Positions 52,567-62,917 of a stretch of 63,716 bases of DNA are shown piece by piece. Below the pieces are notes generated by a model that was not told the DNA's origin, searched no databases, and saw only the letters and a list, made by a program, of their open reading frames with translations. The position numbers and the translations under genes are program-made. Source of the stretch: Actinomycetota bacterium. Its GTDB lineage: Bacteria; Actinomycetota; Actinomycetes; Actinomycetales; Microbacteriaceae. The stretch spans positions 1 through 63,716 of the forward strand of contig JBEGUF010000035.1 of NCBI GenBank assembly GCA_041179025.1, given 5' to 3'. Every line of letters begins with the position of its first letter. The first letter of the stretch is position 1.

Positions 52567-53574
52567 ATGACTAAGCCAAACCTGCTTTCCGGCATGCAAC
52601 CTTCCGCCGGCTCCCTCCACCTCGGCAACTACCTAGGTGCCTTGGTGAACTGGGCAGACATGCAGGACGACTACAACGCTTACTACGTCATCGTTGACCT
52701 TCACGCGATCACCGTTCCCCAGGAGCCATCCGAGCTTCGCACCAACTCCAGAAGAACCGCCGCGCAATACATTGCCGCCGGCATCGACGTCTCCAAGAGC
52801 GCCCTTTTCGTGCAGAGCCATGTTCCTGCTCACGCGCAACTAGCCTGGGTACTCAACTGCATCACCGGATTTGGCGAAGCCAGCCGCATGACCCAGTTCA
52901 AAGACAAGAGCCAGAAGGCGGGTGCCGACACCGCAAGCGTTGGCCTATTCACCTACCCAATCCTTCAGGCCGCCGACATCCTCCTCTACCAACCAAAGGC
53001 TGTGCCGGTTGGCGAAGACCAGCGCCAGCACATCGAGCTAACCCGCGACCTAGCACTGCGTTTCAACTCCCGTTTCGGCGACACCTTCACCATCCCTGAA
53101 GCAGTAATCCTCAAAGAAACAGCCAAAATCTACGACCTTCAAAACCCCACCGCCAAGATGTCTAAATCAGCCGCCGACCCCAAGGGTTTGGTGAATATCA
53201 TGGACGACAACAGCACCATCCTCAAGAAGATCAAGAGTGCTGTAACCGACACCGACGGCATCATTAAATTCGACCGCGAAGCCAAGCCAGGAGTTAGCAA
53301 CCTGCTCGGCATCCACTCAGCGATTTCAGGTCGCTCAATCGAAAGCATTGAAGGCGAATTCGAAGGAGCCGGCTATGGCGCACTCAAAGCCGAAGTGGCC
53401 GACGTAGTGATTGCCGCCATCGAACCAATCCGCGAGCGCACCCAAGAACTCATGAGCGACCAGACCGAACTGGATCGCCTTCTCGCCGACGGCGCTGAAA
53501 AGGCAAACGCGCTAGCCGAAGCCACTCTGGCTAAGGTCTACGACGCTGTAGGTTTCCTGAAAGCCAAGGAATAA
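52567..53574 (+). CDS. trpS: Tryptophan-tRNA ligase
   Basis: [29 protein letters not shown]. Confidence 0.98.
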   Translation: MTKPNLLSGMQPSAGSLHLGNYLGALVNWADMQDDYNAYYVIVDLHAITVPQEPSELRTNSRRTAAQYIAAGIDVSKSALFVQSHVPAHAQLAWVLNCITGFGEASRMTQFKDKSQKAGADTASVGLFTYPILQAADILLYQPKAVPVGEDQRQHIELTRDLALRFNSRFGDTFTIPEAVILKETAKIYDLQNPTAKMSKSAADPKGLVNIMDDNSTILKKIKSAVTDTDGIIKFDREAKPGVSNLLGIHSAISGRSIESIEGEFEGAGYGALKAEVADVVIAAIEPIRERTQELMSDQTELDRLLADGAEKANALAEATLAKVYDAVGFLKAKE

Positions 53575-53617
53575 CTTAGGGAACTTTCAGGGTTTTCTGT
53601 CATGCTATACAAGTAAC

Positions 53618-53745
53618 AAAGTTCTTCGGGGTCAGTGAAAATCTGAGCCGGCGGTTATAGTCCGCGACCCGACAGGTGGCAACACTTGGCGGTTGAGCTG
53701 GTGGAATTCCAGCACCGACGGTTAAAGTCCGGATGGGAGAAGAAC
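53618..53745 (+). ncRNA. FMN riboswitch (RFN element)
   Basis: CTTCGGGGTCAGTGAAAATCTGAGCCGGCGGT..AGTCCGCG...GTGGAATTCCAGCACCGACGGTTAAAGTCCGGATGGGAGAAG matches the RFN consensus; directly upstream of the rib operon. Confidence 0.96.
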
Positions 53746-53814
53746 GAGGCGTTCGCCGTTTCTGGCGTTCGCCCTATCTTCCGTCGCCCCCGTATGTCTA
53801 CGAGAGGGCGGCTA

Positions 53815-54828
53815 ATGTCAGCTGTTTATGAAGATGCGATGCGTCGTGCGCTTCAGCTTGCCCTGAACGGACCGGCTTTTGGTGTGAACCCGCAGGTTGG
53901 CGCTGTGATTCTCGACGAGTCTTCGAACATTGTGGCCGAAGGCTGGCACGAGGGCGCTGGAACGCCTCACGCCGAGGTTATGGCCCTGGCTCAACTTCCT
54001 TCACCGCTACCTGCTGGTTACACCGCAGTGGTTACCTTGGAGCCTTGCAACCATACCGGTCGCACCGGCCCTTGCGCCCAGGCTCTGATTGCTGCTGGCA
54101 TTTCACGGGTTGTTTACGCTTCCGCCGATCCTGGTGTCGAATCTGGTGCAGGCGCCTCCACATTGCGAGACGCTGGCGTTGAGGTAATTGGTGGAGTTTT
54201 GGAGGCTGAAGCCGATGACCAGGCTCGAGTTTGGCTGGTTTCGACCCAGAACCAGCGACCTTTCGTAACTTTGAAGTGGGCGCAGTCTCTAGACGGTCGC
54301 GCTGCGGCAGCCGATGGAACGTCGAAGTGGATTAGTGGGCCAGAGTCTCGTGCTCACGCACATCTCCTTCGCTCACAGATCGATGCCATCTTGGTTGGCA
54401 CTGGCACCGTGTTGGCCGACAACCCGTCGTTGACGGCTCGCAAGCCAGATGGAACTCTTTATGAACACCAGCCACTTCGGGTGATTGTTGGCAACAGCAT
54501 GATGCCCGCGGATGCTCGGGTGTTCAACGACGAAGCCGAAACCATTCGCATCAGAAACCACGACATCACGGTGTTGCTCGCGGAACTTTATGCGCGTGGA
54601 GTGAAGCACCTCATGGTTGAGGGCGGCCCAACGGTTGCTTCGGCTTTTGTGAAGGCAAACCTGGTTGACGAGTTTGTGACTTACCTTGCCCCGCAACTAA
54701 TTGGCGGGCCTGGCTTGGCCGTGCGCGACCTCGGGGTTGAATCCATGGACCAAGCGGTTCAGTTGACCTTTCTAGAAACACGTGCTCTTGGAGCAGATCT
54801 TTACATTCGAGCAGCGAGGAGTAACTAA
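53815..54828 (+). CDS. ribD: Bifunctional deaminase/reductase RibD
   Basis: NPQVG, HAE, LEPCNH..RTGPC, SLDG, VEGG; true ATG at 53815 (the ORF-track extension runs through the riboswitch). Confidence 0.96.
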   Translation: MSAVYEDAMRRALQLALNGPAFGVNPQVGAVILDESSNIVAEGWHEGAGTPHAEVMALAQLPSPLPAGYTAVVTLEPCNHTGRTGPCAQALIAAGISRVVYASADPGVESGAGASTLRDAGVEVIGGVLEAEADDQARVWLVSTQNQRPFVTLKWAQSLDGRAAAADGTSKWISGPESRAHAHLLRSQIDAILVGTGTVLADNPSLTARKPDGTLYEHQPLRVIVGNSMMPADARVFNDEAETIRIRNHDITVLLAELYARGVKHLMVEGGPTVASAFVKANLVDEFVTYLAPQLIGGPGLAVRDLGVESMDQAVQLTFLETRALGADLYIRAARSN

Positions 54829-55424
54829 TGTTCACCGGAATTATTGAAGAGCTGGGCAGCGTGGTTGCCATTGAAGACCAGCCAGACGCGAAGCGCATTA
54901 CCTTCAAAGGCCCAATCGTGACCTCGGATGTCTCTCGCGGAGACTCGATTGCCGTGAACGGCGCTTGTTTGACCGCGGTTGAGATTGCGGATGGCATGTT
55001 TACTGCCGATGTGATGCACGAGACTCTTCGCCTAACCGCTCTGGGTTCATTGGTTGAAGGTTCATCGGTGAATTTGGAACGCGCGATGAATGCGTCCACG
55101 CGTTTTGGCGGTCACATGGTTCTAGGTCACGTTGACGGGGTTGGCACGATTGTTTCGCGCAAGCCATCCGACAACTGGGAATGGGTGACCATCCAGATCC
55201 CTAAGGATTTGATGAAGTACGTGGTGTTGAAGGGTTCAATTACCATCGACGGAATTTCGCTAACCGTGAATGAGGTCACCGAAGACACCGTGAGCTTCTC
55301 GCTCATCCCAGAAACACTAAGACTTACCACCCTAGGCCCGAAAGGCGTTGGGGATTTGGTTAACGTGGAGGCCGACATCATGGCCAAGCACATTGAAAAG
55401 CTTATGGAAAGCAGGAACAACTAA
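54828..55424 (+). CDS. ribE: Riboflavin synthase
   Basis: MFTGIIEE start, NGACLT, VNLERA, GHVDG. Confidence 0.97.
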   Translation: MFTGIIEELGSVVAIEDQPDAKRITFKGPIVTSDVSRGDSIAVNGACLTAVEIADGMFTADVMHETLRLTALGSLVEGSSVNLERAMNASTRFGGHMVLGHVDGVGTIVSRKPSDNWEWVTIQIPKDLMKYVVLKGSITIDGISLTVNEVTEDTVSFSLIPETLRLTTLGPKGVGDLVNVEADIMAKHIEKLMESRNN

Positions 55425-56668
55425 TGGCACTATCAACCATCGAGCAGGCGCTAGACGCACTGCGAGCGGGGAAGCCAATTTTGGTTGCCGACGCCGAGAA
55501 CCGTGAGAACGAGGGAGATGCCATCATGGCCGCCGAGTTCATGACCGAGCAATGGATGGCGTGGATCGTGCAAAACACCACCGGTTTCCTCTGTGCACCA
55601 ATGGAAGACGCCAGGGCCAACGAGCTCGAACTTCCGCTCATGATTCAGAACAACCAAGACCCACACCAAACCAACTACACCATTACCGTGGACGCAGCCG
55701 AGCGTGAATCTACCGGTGTCAGCGCGTTCGACCGCGCACTAACCGTTCGCACTCTGGCCGACCCAATGGCGTCGGCGGAATCGCTAATTCGTCCCGGTCA
55801 CATTGTTCCGCTGCGCGCACATCACCACGGCGTGCTCGGGCGAGCGGGTCACACCGAAGCGGCTGTGGATCTACTAAAGCTTGCAGGACTAACTCCGGTG
55901 GGGGTCATCGGAGAAATGGTAAACAAGGACGGGAGCATGATGCGACTACCAGAACTAATGGAGACCGGGGTTCGTGAGGACCTCCCAGTAATCACTATTG
56001 AGCAAATTGTTGAGCACCTAAAAACCAACGACATTCTTTACGCTCACAACCCAACCAACCGAATTCGCTTTGAGGCTGAGGCGAACGTGCCAACCACCCA
56101 CGGTAACTTCCGTATCCGCGGCTACTACGACATCAAAACCACCGCCGACCACGTGGCAATCATTTCCGGTAACCCGACCGGCGACAACGTCTTGGTTCGC
56201 ATGCACTCGGAGTGCATCACCGGTGAAGCATTTGGTTCGCTCAAGTGTGAGTGCGGCCCGCAGCTAGATTTCGCTCTCGACAAGATTGCCAACGACCCGA
56301 ACGGTGGCGTGGTGATTTATCTGCGCGGTCAGGAAGGTCGAGGCATCGGGCTTTTGAACAAGCTGAAGGCCTACGCACTTCAGGAGCAGGGTCTCGACAC
56401 GGTTGAAGCCAACCTGGCCCTAGGTCTTCCTTCGGAGAACCGCGAATACGGCGCCGCGGTTTCGATCTTGAAGGACCTGGGAGTAACTAGCGTTCGCCTG
56501 ATGACTAACAACCCGGCGAAGAGTAACTTCCTCATCGAAGCCGGCATTCCGGTGAACGAATATGTTCCGGTAATCACCGGACTAGCAACCGAGAACATTG
56601 GCTATCTAGAAACCAAGCGCGAAAAAATGGGTCACATCATCGGCGATGTGAAAGCCGACGAAAAATGA
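55424..56668 (+). CDS. ribBA: Bifunctional DHBP synthase / GTP cyclohydrolase II
   Basis: RENEGD, RPGH, GHTEA; RMHSECITG..SLKCECG, QEGRGIG, TNNP.K. Confidence 0.97.
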   Translation: MALSTIEQALDALRAGKPILVADAENRENEGDAIMAAEFMTEQWMAWIVQNTTGFLCAPMEDARANELELPLMIQNNQDPHQTNYTITVDAAERESTGVSAFDRALTVRTLADPMASAESLIRPGHIVPLRAHHHGVLGRAGHTEAAVDLLKLAGLTPVGVIGEMVNKDGSMMRLPELMETGVREDLPVITIEQIVEHLKTNDILYAHNPTNRIRFEAEANVPTTHGNFRIRGYYDIKTTADHVAIISGNPTGDNVLVRMHSECITGEAFGSLKCECGPQLDFALDKIANDPNGGVVIYLRGQEGRGIGLLNKLKAYALQEQGLDTVEANLALGLPSENREYGAAVSILKDLGVTSVRLMTNNPAKSNFLIEAGIPVNEYVPVITGLATENIGYLETKREKMGHIIGDVKADEK

Positions 56669-57132
56669 GTGGTCAAGGAGCTCCAAAGCTTCAAATTGAT
56701 GCATCTGGCCTTGCGGTAACCATCGTGGTTGCCACCTGGCACACCGAGATTACCGAAGGCCTACTCGCCGGTGCCGAAAGAGCACTGCAGGCAGCTGGCA
56801 ACGACGTGTACTCGATCATGCGAGTACCAGGCGCGTTTGAACTTCCTCTGGCCGCGCAGTATGCGATTCAGGATGGAGCCGAGGCGGTTATCGCTCTTGG
56901 AGTGGTGATTCGCGGAGGAACACCTCACTTCGAATATGTTTGCAGTGCCGCCACCGACGGGCTTACCCGAGTGCAACTAGACACCGGCGTACCGATCGGT
57001 TTTGGGCTACTCACAGTAGACACCGAGGCACAGGCGCTAGAGCGCGCCGGCCTTGAAAACAGCAGAGAAGACAAGGGTGCCGAGGCGGTTGAGGCCGCAA
57101 TCGTGATGGCTAGACTAAAGCCATGGAACTAA
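56665..57132 (+). CDS. ribH: 6,7-dimethyl-8-ribityllumazine synthase
   Basis: VPGAFELP, GVVIRGGTPHFEYV, DKGAEA. Confidence 0.97.
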   Translation: MSGQGAPKLQIDASGLAVTIVVATWHTEITEGLLAGAERALQAAGNDVYSIMRVPGAFELPLAAQYAIQDGAEAVIALGVVIRGGTPHFEYVCSAATDGLTRVQLDTGVPIGFGLLTVDTEAQALERAGLENSREDKGAEAVEAAIVMARLKPWN

Positions 57133-57476
57133 TACCGAAAATCGCACTCGTACTTCACTTCATCGGAATTGGAGCACTACTCTCCGGATTCTTCTACCAG
57201 CTAAAAGACTGGGGAACCGGAATGAAAGTAAACGCCGGTATTTTGCACGGCGCCTGGTTGATGCTAGCAACCGGCCTAACCATGGCTGGAGTTCTTCCAA
57301 TCGTTGAACCAGACGAGAAGCTGAATCACCTAGTGATTGGCCTGAAGAGCATAGTGATTACCATCATCTTCTTCATCGCCTACGGTTACAAGAAGAAGGA
57401 AACGACCGCCAAGTGGGTTGTTCCGGTGATTGCACTTCTAACCGTTGTAAACATTTCGCTAGCGGTAATCCTCTAA
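57123..57476 (+). CDS. Small 4-TM membrane protein
   Basis: Hydrophobic; LHFIG...LHGAWLMLATG pattern; overlaps the end of ribH. Confidence 0.7.
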   Translation: MELIPKIALVLHFIGIGALLSGFFYQLKDWGTGMKVNAGILHGAWLMLATGLTMAGVLPIVEPDEKLNHLVIGLKSIVITIIFFIAYGYKKKETTAKWVVPVIALLTVVNISLAVIL

Positions 57477-57480
57477 AGAT

Positions 57481-58317
57481 TTAGCGCAAGAACAAAGCTG
57501 TTAGTCGGCGGGTTGTGAAATACAGCCCGCCGATTATCATTACCGCGAAATAGGCAACGTGACCGAGCATTCCAATATTGAGGTTGAGATTCATGGCATC
57601 GCGAATGAGATCTATTGCCTGGCGAAGCGGAAGAGCCTGGATGAGAAACTGGGCCCACTGCGGGAAAATCGTCACTGGGAAAAGTGTTCCTGAAAACAGG
57701 AACATCGGAAGCAGGAAGAAGTTCACCATGTCGAGCTGCTGAAAGCTCTTCATGTAACTGGTGATTCCCATGCCAACCGAGGCGAATGCCAAGGCCACCA
57801 GCGTTGCGCAAACCACCGCCAGAGCGGCGCCACCGATCGATGGAATCAGGCCGAGCGAACCCACCACCGAAACGAAGCCAATGGCGTAAATCATTCCTCG
57901 GAACATCGCCCAGCCGATTTCACCGATTGCAACGTCCAGGGTGCCGAGACTCGTGGCGAGCATGCCCTGATAGAGCTTCGCAAAATGCATTTTGAAGAAG
58001 ACGTTCCAGGTGCTGTCGAAGATTGCGCCGTTCATCGCGCTAGTCGCGAGCAATGCCGGCATGATGTAGGCGGCGTAGGAGATAACATTTCCGCTCGAGT
58101 CGGTGAGGTTTCCAACCATTCCACCAACGCCGTATCCAAAAGCAATCAGGAATAACACCGGTTCAACGAAGCCAGCGATGAACGTGAAACCACTCGAAGA
58201 TTTCAACGTCATCAGGTTTCTGGTTGCAATTGTTCCGGGGCGCCCGGAGAAAATGCCCGCACCAAACTTGCCGGAACGGCGTTCGGCTAGCGCAACTGCA
58301 GCACTGGTTAGGCTCAT
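57481..58317 (-). CDS. ABC-2 permease (NodJ-like)
   Basis: EPVLFL, PALLATSAM, PMFLFSGTLFP; ATG 58317 overlaps the upstream TGA. Confidence 0.88.
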   Translation of the reverse strand: MSLTSAAVALAERRSGKFGAGIFSGRPGTIATRNLMTLKSSSGFTFIAGFVEPVLFLIAFGYGVGGMVGNLTDSSGNVISYAAYIMPALLATSAMNGAIFDSTWNVFFKMHFAKLYQGMLATSLGTLDVAIGEIGWAMFRGMIYAIGFVSVVGSLGLIPSIGGAALAVVCATLVALAFASVGMGITSYMKSFQQLDMVNFFLLPMFLFSGTLFPVTIFPQWAQFLIQALPLRQAIDLIRDAMNLNLNIGMLGHVAYFAVMIIGGLYFTTRRLTALFLR

Positions 58318-59144
58318 CGGCTCAACCTTTTCATAAAGCGCGGATAGGCGAAGGTTGCTCCGAAAGCGCCGATACCCAAGATGATCACGATGTGCCACAG
58401 CGTGTGAGGGTCGCTAGAGCCGTAGCTCAAGGTTCGAGCAAGTTCGGTGCCGTGCCAAAGCGGCGAGACCCAAGCGATCTGTTGCACCAGCTCAGGCATA
58501 GTCTCGATTTGGTAGAAAGTTCCGGAGAACATGAACATCGGAGCGATTATAAAACGCATCATCAGGACCAGCCAATCTCCTTCATCTTTCACGTATGCGG
58601 CATAGGCAAGCATCACAAAACCGAAACTGCCACCGACCATCATGGCGATTAGTATCTGCATCGGAACCGCGGATAACTCCATGGCGCCAAATAGCACTAA
58701 GAAGATCGCGTAGATCACCGAGTTGTAGAACACGCGGAACACCGCGTAAATCATTAGCCCGCTGGCGATCTGTCGGCCGGTGATGGCAGTTTGATTCATC
58801 GCGAAGAAAGACTTTTCCCAACTGAAACCCTGAAGCACCACAAACGATGTTTCGTCCACTGCCGCTTGCAGAGCACTTGCCATCAGAAGCGCCGGGGCTA
58901 GGAAAGTTAGGTAGGCAACGCCGTCGACCAAACCCATGTTCTCTGAAACCAGAGAGCCGAGGCCAATTCCGATACTTAATAAATAAAGTATGGGGTGGCC
59001 AATGCCATAGGCCAGCATCGGAGTTAGCCATTTCAGTGATTCGCGTCCGCGAGCCAGAGCAACATAAACCGAACCCCAGCGAGCAGGTTTAGCTGGGTCG
59101 ACCAGTTTCGACGCACCCTGCCAGTTGGCAAAAACTTCAGACAT
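58314..59144 (-). CDS. ABC-2 permease (NodJ-like)
   Basis: YLTFLAPAL, PMFMFSGTFY, SPLWHG. Confidence 0.88.
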   Translation of the reverse strand: MSEVFANWQGASKLVDPAKPARWGSVYVALARGRESLKWLTPMLAYGIGHPILYLLSIGIGLGSLVSENMGLVDGVAYLTFLAPALLMASALQAAVDETSFVVLQGFSWEKSFFAMNQTAITGRQIASGLMIYAVFRVFYNSVIYAIFLVLFGAMELSAVPMQILIAMMVGGSFGFVMLAYAAYVKDEGDWLVLMMRFIIAPMFMFSGTFYQIETMPELVQQIAWVSPLWHGTELARTLSYGSSDPHTLWHIVIILGIGAFGATFAYPRFMKRLSR

Positions 59145-60085
59145 TAGTCAACCAAGGTTCTACCGGTGAGGCGAAGGAACACATCTTCCAAAGACGAGCG
59201 TCTCACCAGCGACGTCACCGGGTCGAGACCAAGCTTGGTAACGCGTTCCAAAGCCTTTTCACCGTTGTCGGTGTAAACCAGGATTCGGTCTGGCAAAACC
59301 TCTAGGCGATCGCCAACTTCGGCCAGCTTCTTCGCGGCAGCGGCGTTACCTTTGGAGCCAAAGCGAACCTCGAGAACCTCTTTACTTGAATACTTCTTTA
59401 TTAGTTCTCCAGGGCTGCCTTCAGCCATGATTCGGCCCTTGTCCATCACCACAAGGCGGTCGCAAAGCTGCTCGGCTTCGTCCATGTAGTGGGTGGTTAG
59501 AACGAGGGTTACGCCCAGTTCCTTTAGACGGAACAGGCGATCCCAGAGCACATGCCTGGCCTGTGGGTCTAGGCCGGTAGTTGGCTCGTCGAGCAGCAGG
59601 ATCTCCGGTTCATTCACAAGCCCGCGAGCAATAGTGAGGCGGCGCTTCATGCCTCCGGAAAGTTCCTCGCTTTTCACGTTGCGCTTTTCTTCCAGTTGCG
59701 CGAAGGCCAGTAGTTCTTCGATTTTGCCTTTCAGAAACTTTCGGCTCAGGCCGAAGTAGCGACCGTAGACGAGGATATTTTCCCAAACGGTTAGCTGGCG
59801 GTCTAGGTTGTCTTGCTGCGGCACAACTCCTAGGTGAGCGCGAATCTCTGGGCCAAACTTGTCGGGGTCTTTGCCGAGAATTTGTAATTCACCCGAGGTG
59901 CGCTGAAGGGTTGAGGTGATCATGCGCATGGTGGTTGACTTACCCGCGCCGTTTGGGCCAAGTAACCCAAACGCTTCTCCCCTGGCAACCTGGAAATCGA
60001 TGCCAGCTACGGCAACAAAATCTCCATAGGTTTTGGTTAGACCTTTGGCGGTGATTACGAGCTCGCGCTCAGTTGATTTAGTCAC
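59144..60085 (-). CDS. ABC exporter ATPase (NodI-like)
   Basis: GPNGAGKST, LSGGMKRR, LLDEPTTGLDPQAR, TTHYMDEAE. Confidence 0.93.
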   Translation of the reverse strand: MTKSTERELVITAKGLTKTYGDFVAVAGIDFQVARGEAFGLLGPNGAGKSTTMRMITSTLQRTSGELQILGKDPDKFGPEIRAHLGVVPQQDNLDRQLTVWENILVYGRYFGLSRKFLKGKIEELLAFAQLEEKRNVKSEELSGGMKRRLTIARGLVNEPEILLLDEPTTGLDPQARHVLWDRLFRLKELGVTLVLTTHYMDEAEQLCDRLVVMDKGRIMAEGSPGELIKKYSSKEVLEVRFGSKGNAAAAKKLAEVGDRLEVLPDRILVYTDNGEKALERVTKLGLDPVTSLVRRSSLEDVFLRLTGRTLVD

Positions 60086-60113
60086 AATTCTCCTACCTTG
60101 CTAGCCTAGATAC

Positions 60114-60965
60114 ATGTCGCCAAAGTCTGTAACACCCGCGCGTGCCAAACTTGGCAACCGCAGAGTTACCGGCAAAGAGCAGTACTACACCCCGAGGGCG
60201 CTGGCCAGTGAACTTGTGCAAACGGTTAAAGGCCTAATTCCCAACTTTTCTTCCCGAACCGTGTTGGAACCGGCCGGAGGAACCGGCGCCTTTGTTGAAG
60301 CCGCCAAGGCTGCTGGGGTTAAAAGCGTTCTCAGTGTTGACATCGAACCTAAGCACAACGACGTAAACAAAGCCGACTATCTTTCGAGCAACCTAAAGAT
60401 TCAAGACGCCGTGACAATTTCGAACCCGCCTTTCGGCAGGAACAACTCCTTGAGCATCCCCTTTTTCAACCGAGCGGCCGACAATTCCGAGTACATCGCC
60501 TTTATCGTGCCCCGCTCTTGGCGAAAGTGGTCGGTGATCAACCGTCTCGACCGCCGATTCCACCTCATCCACGACGAAGACTTGGCGATTGATTACGTCG
60601 ACGACACCAACACGCTAATCAGCAAGAAGAGCAACCTGAAAACCTGCTTCCAAGTTTGGCAGCGCGGAGAAGATTTGCGAGAAATCGTCAAGGTTGAAGA
60701 TCGCGGTTTTGTTTCCAAGGTGAAACCCGAGGAAGCCGACATTGCACTGACGGTTTTCGGGTTTAGCTGTGGCCGGGTGAACACCGAGTTTGAAAGAAAA
60801 GCCAACACCACCAGAATGTTTTTGAAACTCAATCACCCCAGAGCACTGAAGGCTTTGCAAACCGCAGACTTTCAAAGATTCTCAAAGAACACCGCCTACA
60901 CCGAGGCGCTCTCGTTTCAGGAAATCAACTTCCTGCTCAACGAGGCCCTGGGGAACAAGAAGTAA
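60114..60965 (+). CDS. Orphan amino-DNA methyltransferase (N6-adenine type)
   Basis: QYYTP, LEPAGGTGAF (SAM-binding), VDIEP, ISNPPFG catalytic motif, FIVP. Confidence 0.8.
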   Translation: MSPKSVTPARAKLGNRRVTGKEQYYTPRALASELVQTVKGLIPNFSSRTVLEPAGGTGAFVEAAKAAGVKSVLSVDIEPKHNDVNKADYLSSNLKIQDAVTISNPPFGRNNSLSIPFFNRAADNSEYIAFIVPRSWRKWSVINRLDRRFHLIHDEDLAIDYVDDTNTLISKKSNLKTCFQVWQRGEDLREIVKVEDRGFVSKVKPEEADIALTVFGFSCGRVNTEFERKANTTRMFLKLNHPRALKALQTADFQRFSKNTAYTEALSFQEINFLLNEALGNKK

Positions 60966-60986
60966 CAACCGAAGGTTAGACACAGT

Positions 60987-62762
60987 ATGAGCATGATGGG
61001 CAGAGGACGCCGCGGAAGCGACTCCACCAAAGACGACGGACCAAAGGCAAAGTTCTCGCAGCTTTGGCCGTATCTCATGGAACACAAGCCTGCGCTTTGG
61101 GTTGCCGTGGCTCTAAGCATCCTCGGGGCGATTGTGAACCTCGGGCAGCCGCTAATCGTGGGGCAGCTAATCGATGCCGTGCAGAAGAAACAGGACGTAA
61201 CCGGATGGGCTATCGGCCTAATCGTAGTGCTCCTGGGCACTGCTCTAACCGGCGGCTTGATGTACTACGTGCTGGCTAAAGCCGGCGAAGGCGTGGTGCT
61301 CTCCGCTCGAAACAAGCTCGCCACTCGCCTACTGCGCATGCCCATCAAGGAATACGACCTTCGCAGAACCGGAGACCTGGTTTCTCGAGTTGGCTCCGAC
61401 ACCACCCTTCTTCGCGCGGTTCTCACCCAAGGGTTCGTGGACGCCGCCGGTGGAATCCTTATCTTCGTAGGTTCCATCGTTGCCATGGCGGTAATTGACC
61501 CACTGCTTCTCGGCATCACGCTAGCTGTGATCGCCATCGCAATCGCCGCGGTGGCCTTCACCTCGCGCAAGATCAAGGAAGCCACAACCAAGGCGCAGAC
61601 TCGCGTTGGCGACATGGCTGCCAGCGTTGAGCGAGCATTGAGTGCAGTTCGAACCATCCGTGCTGCCCGCGCCGAATCTCGCGAAGGCGAATACATCAAG
61701 AAAAACGCGCAAGACGCCTATGTTCAGGGCGTCAAGATCGCGAAGCTCAATGCCGCAGTTAGCCCAATTGCCGGAATCGCATTCCAGGGTGCATTCATCG
61801 CCGTGCTCGGCGTCGGTGGCTACCGCGTGGCCAGCGGTGAAACCAGCATCGCGAATCTGATCACCTTCATCCTCCTCATGTTCACCATGAGCCGCCCACT
61901 GGGCCAGGCGTTCGGCGCCTACTCCAGCATTCAGAGCGCTCTTGGCGCCCTCGCCCGCATTCAAGAGGTACTCGATATCGAAACCGAAGAAACCAGCGAA
62001 GACCAGAAGCACCAGGGAAAGCGCAAAGGCAAAAACTCTACCGCCATCGAATTCCGCAAGGTCAACTTCGGCTACGACCAGGCCGAAGTTCTCACAAATG
62101 TTAGCTTCAAAATTGAGCGCGGCACTCGCGTTGCCATCGTTGGCCCATCCGGTTCCGGAAAATCAACCAGCTTCTCTCTCATCGAGCGCTTCTACGAACC
62201 AACCAAGGGCCAGATCCTGCTAGACGGCCAACCGGTTACCGAAATTTCCCGTGACGAACTGCGTGCCCAAATTGGCTACGTTGAACAAGACGCTCCTGTT
62301 CTAGCAGGAAGCCTGCGAGACAACCTACTGATCGGCAAGCCTGATGCCACGGATAAAGAACTAAAAGCAGTTCTTGGCGAAGTAAACCTCACCGACGTTC
62401 TAAAGCGCGACAAGCGTGGGCTAAACGCTGAGGTTGGCGAAAACGGCATCATGCTCTCAGGTGGCGAGCGCCAGCGCCTAGCTATTGCCAGAGCCTTACT
62501 TGCAGCCCCACCGATCCTGCTGCTCGATGAAAGCACCGCCAGCCTCGACGGCCTCAACGAACAGCGCATGCGCGAAGCACTCGACGCAGTGGCTAAGAAT
62601 CGCACGGTAATCGTCATCGCTCACCGCCTCAGCACGGTAGTCGACTCCGATCAGATCATCGTGCTCCAAAACGGTAGGGTAATCGGCACCGGCACCCACA
62701 AGCAGCTACTCAAGAGCACCCCGCTCTACAAGGAACTTGCCGCAACTCAGATGCTCGACTAA
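60987..62762 (+). CDS. Multidrug-type ABC transporter (fused permease/ATPase)
   Basis: 6 TM plus GPSGSGKS, LSGGERQR, LLDESTA, IAHRL. Confidence 0.93.
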   Translation: MSMMGRGRRGSDSTKDDGPKAKFSQLWPYLMEHKPALWVAVALSILGAIVNLGQPLIVGQLIDAVQKKQDVTGWAIGLIVVLLGTALTGGLMYYVLAKAGEGVVLSARNKLATRLLRMPIKEYDLRRTGDLVSRVGSDTTLLRAVLTQGFVDAAGGILIFVGSIVAMAVIDPLLLGITLAVIAIAIAAVAFTSRKIKEATTKAQTRVGDMAASVERALSAVRTIRAARAESREGEYIKKNAQDAYVQGVKIAKLNAAVSPIAGIAFQGAFIAVLGVGGYRVASGETSIANLITFILLMFTMSRPLGQAFGAYSSIQSALGALARIQEVLDIETEETSEDQKHQGKRKGKNSTAIEFRKVNFGYDQAEVLTNVSFKIERGTRVAIVGPSGSGKSTSFSLIERFYEPTKGQILLDGQPVTEISRDELRAQIGYVEQDAPVLAGSLRDNLLIGKPDATDKELKAVLGEVNLTDVLKRDKRGLNAEVGENGIMLSGGERQRLAIARALLAAPPILLLDESTASLDGLNEQRMREALDAVAKNRTVIVIAHRLSTVVDSDQIIVLQNGRVIGTGTHKQLLKSTPLYKELAATQMLD

Positions 62763-62865
62763 AAACTTTTCCACAACTGCGGATCCGAAGCCAGATTCAA
62801 CCTCACAACTACCTAGATTGTTCAGGTGCACCAAACTGAGTTCCTTGATAACCTATTACTGAGCA

Positions 62866-62897
62866 CCCGCCCCTCTGATCCTTGGATCAAGGGCGGG
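62866..62897 (+). ncRNA. Stem-loop upstream of the Abi gene, candidate cis RNA antitoxin
   Basis: CCCGCCC 62866-62872 pairs with GGGCGGG 62891-62897; inner TGATC-CTTG-GATCA. Confidence 0.4.
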
Positions 62898-62917
62898 ACT
62901 GTGGTTTAAGGCCCAAA

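Noticed and set aside
53686-53814. N-terminal extension of ribD in the ORF track
   Set aside because: Runs through the FMN aptamer; RibD similarity begins at ATG 53815
62763-62917. CRISPR-like or ToxI-like tandem repeat array before the Abi gene
   Set aside because: Only a 6-mer (ACTGAG) occurs twice; no repeat-spacer periodicity
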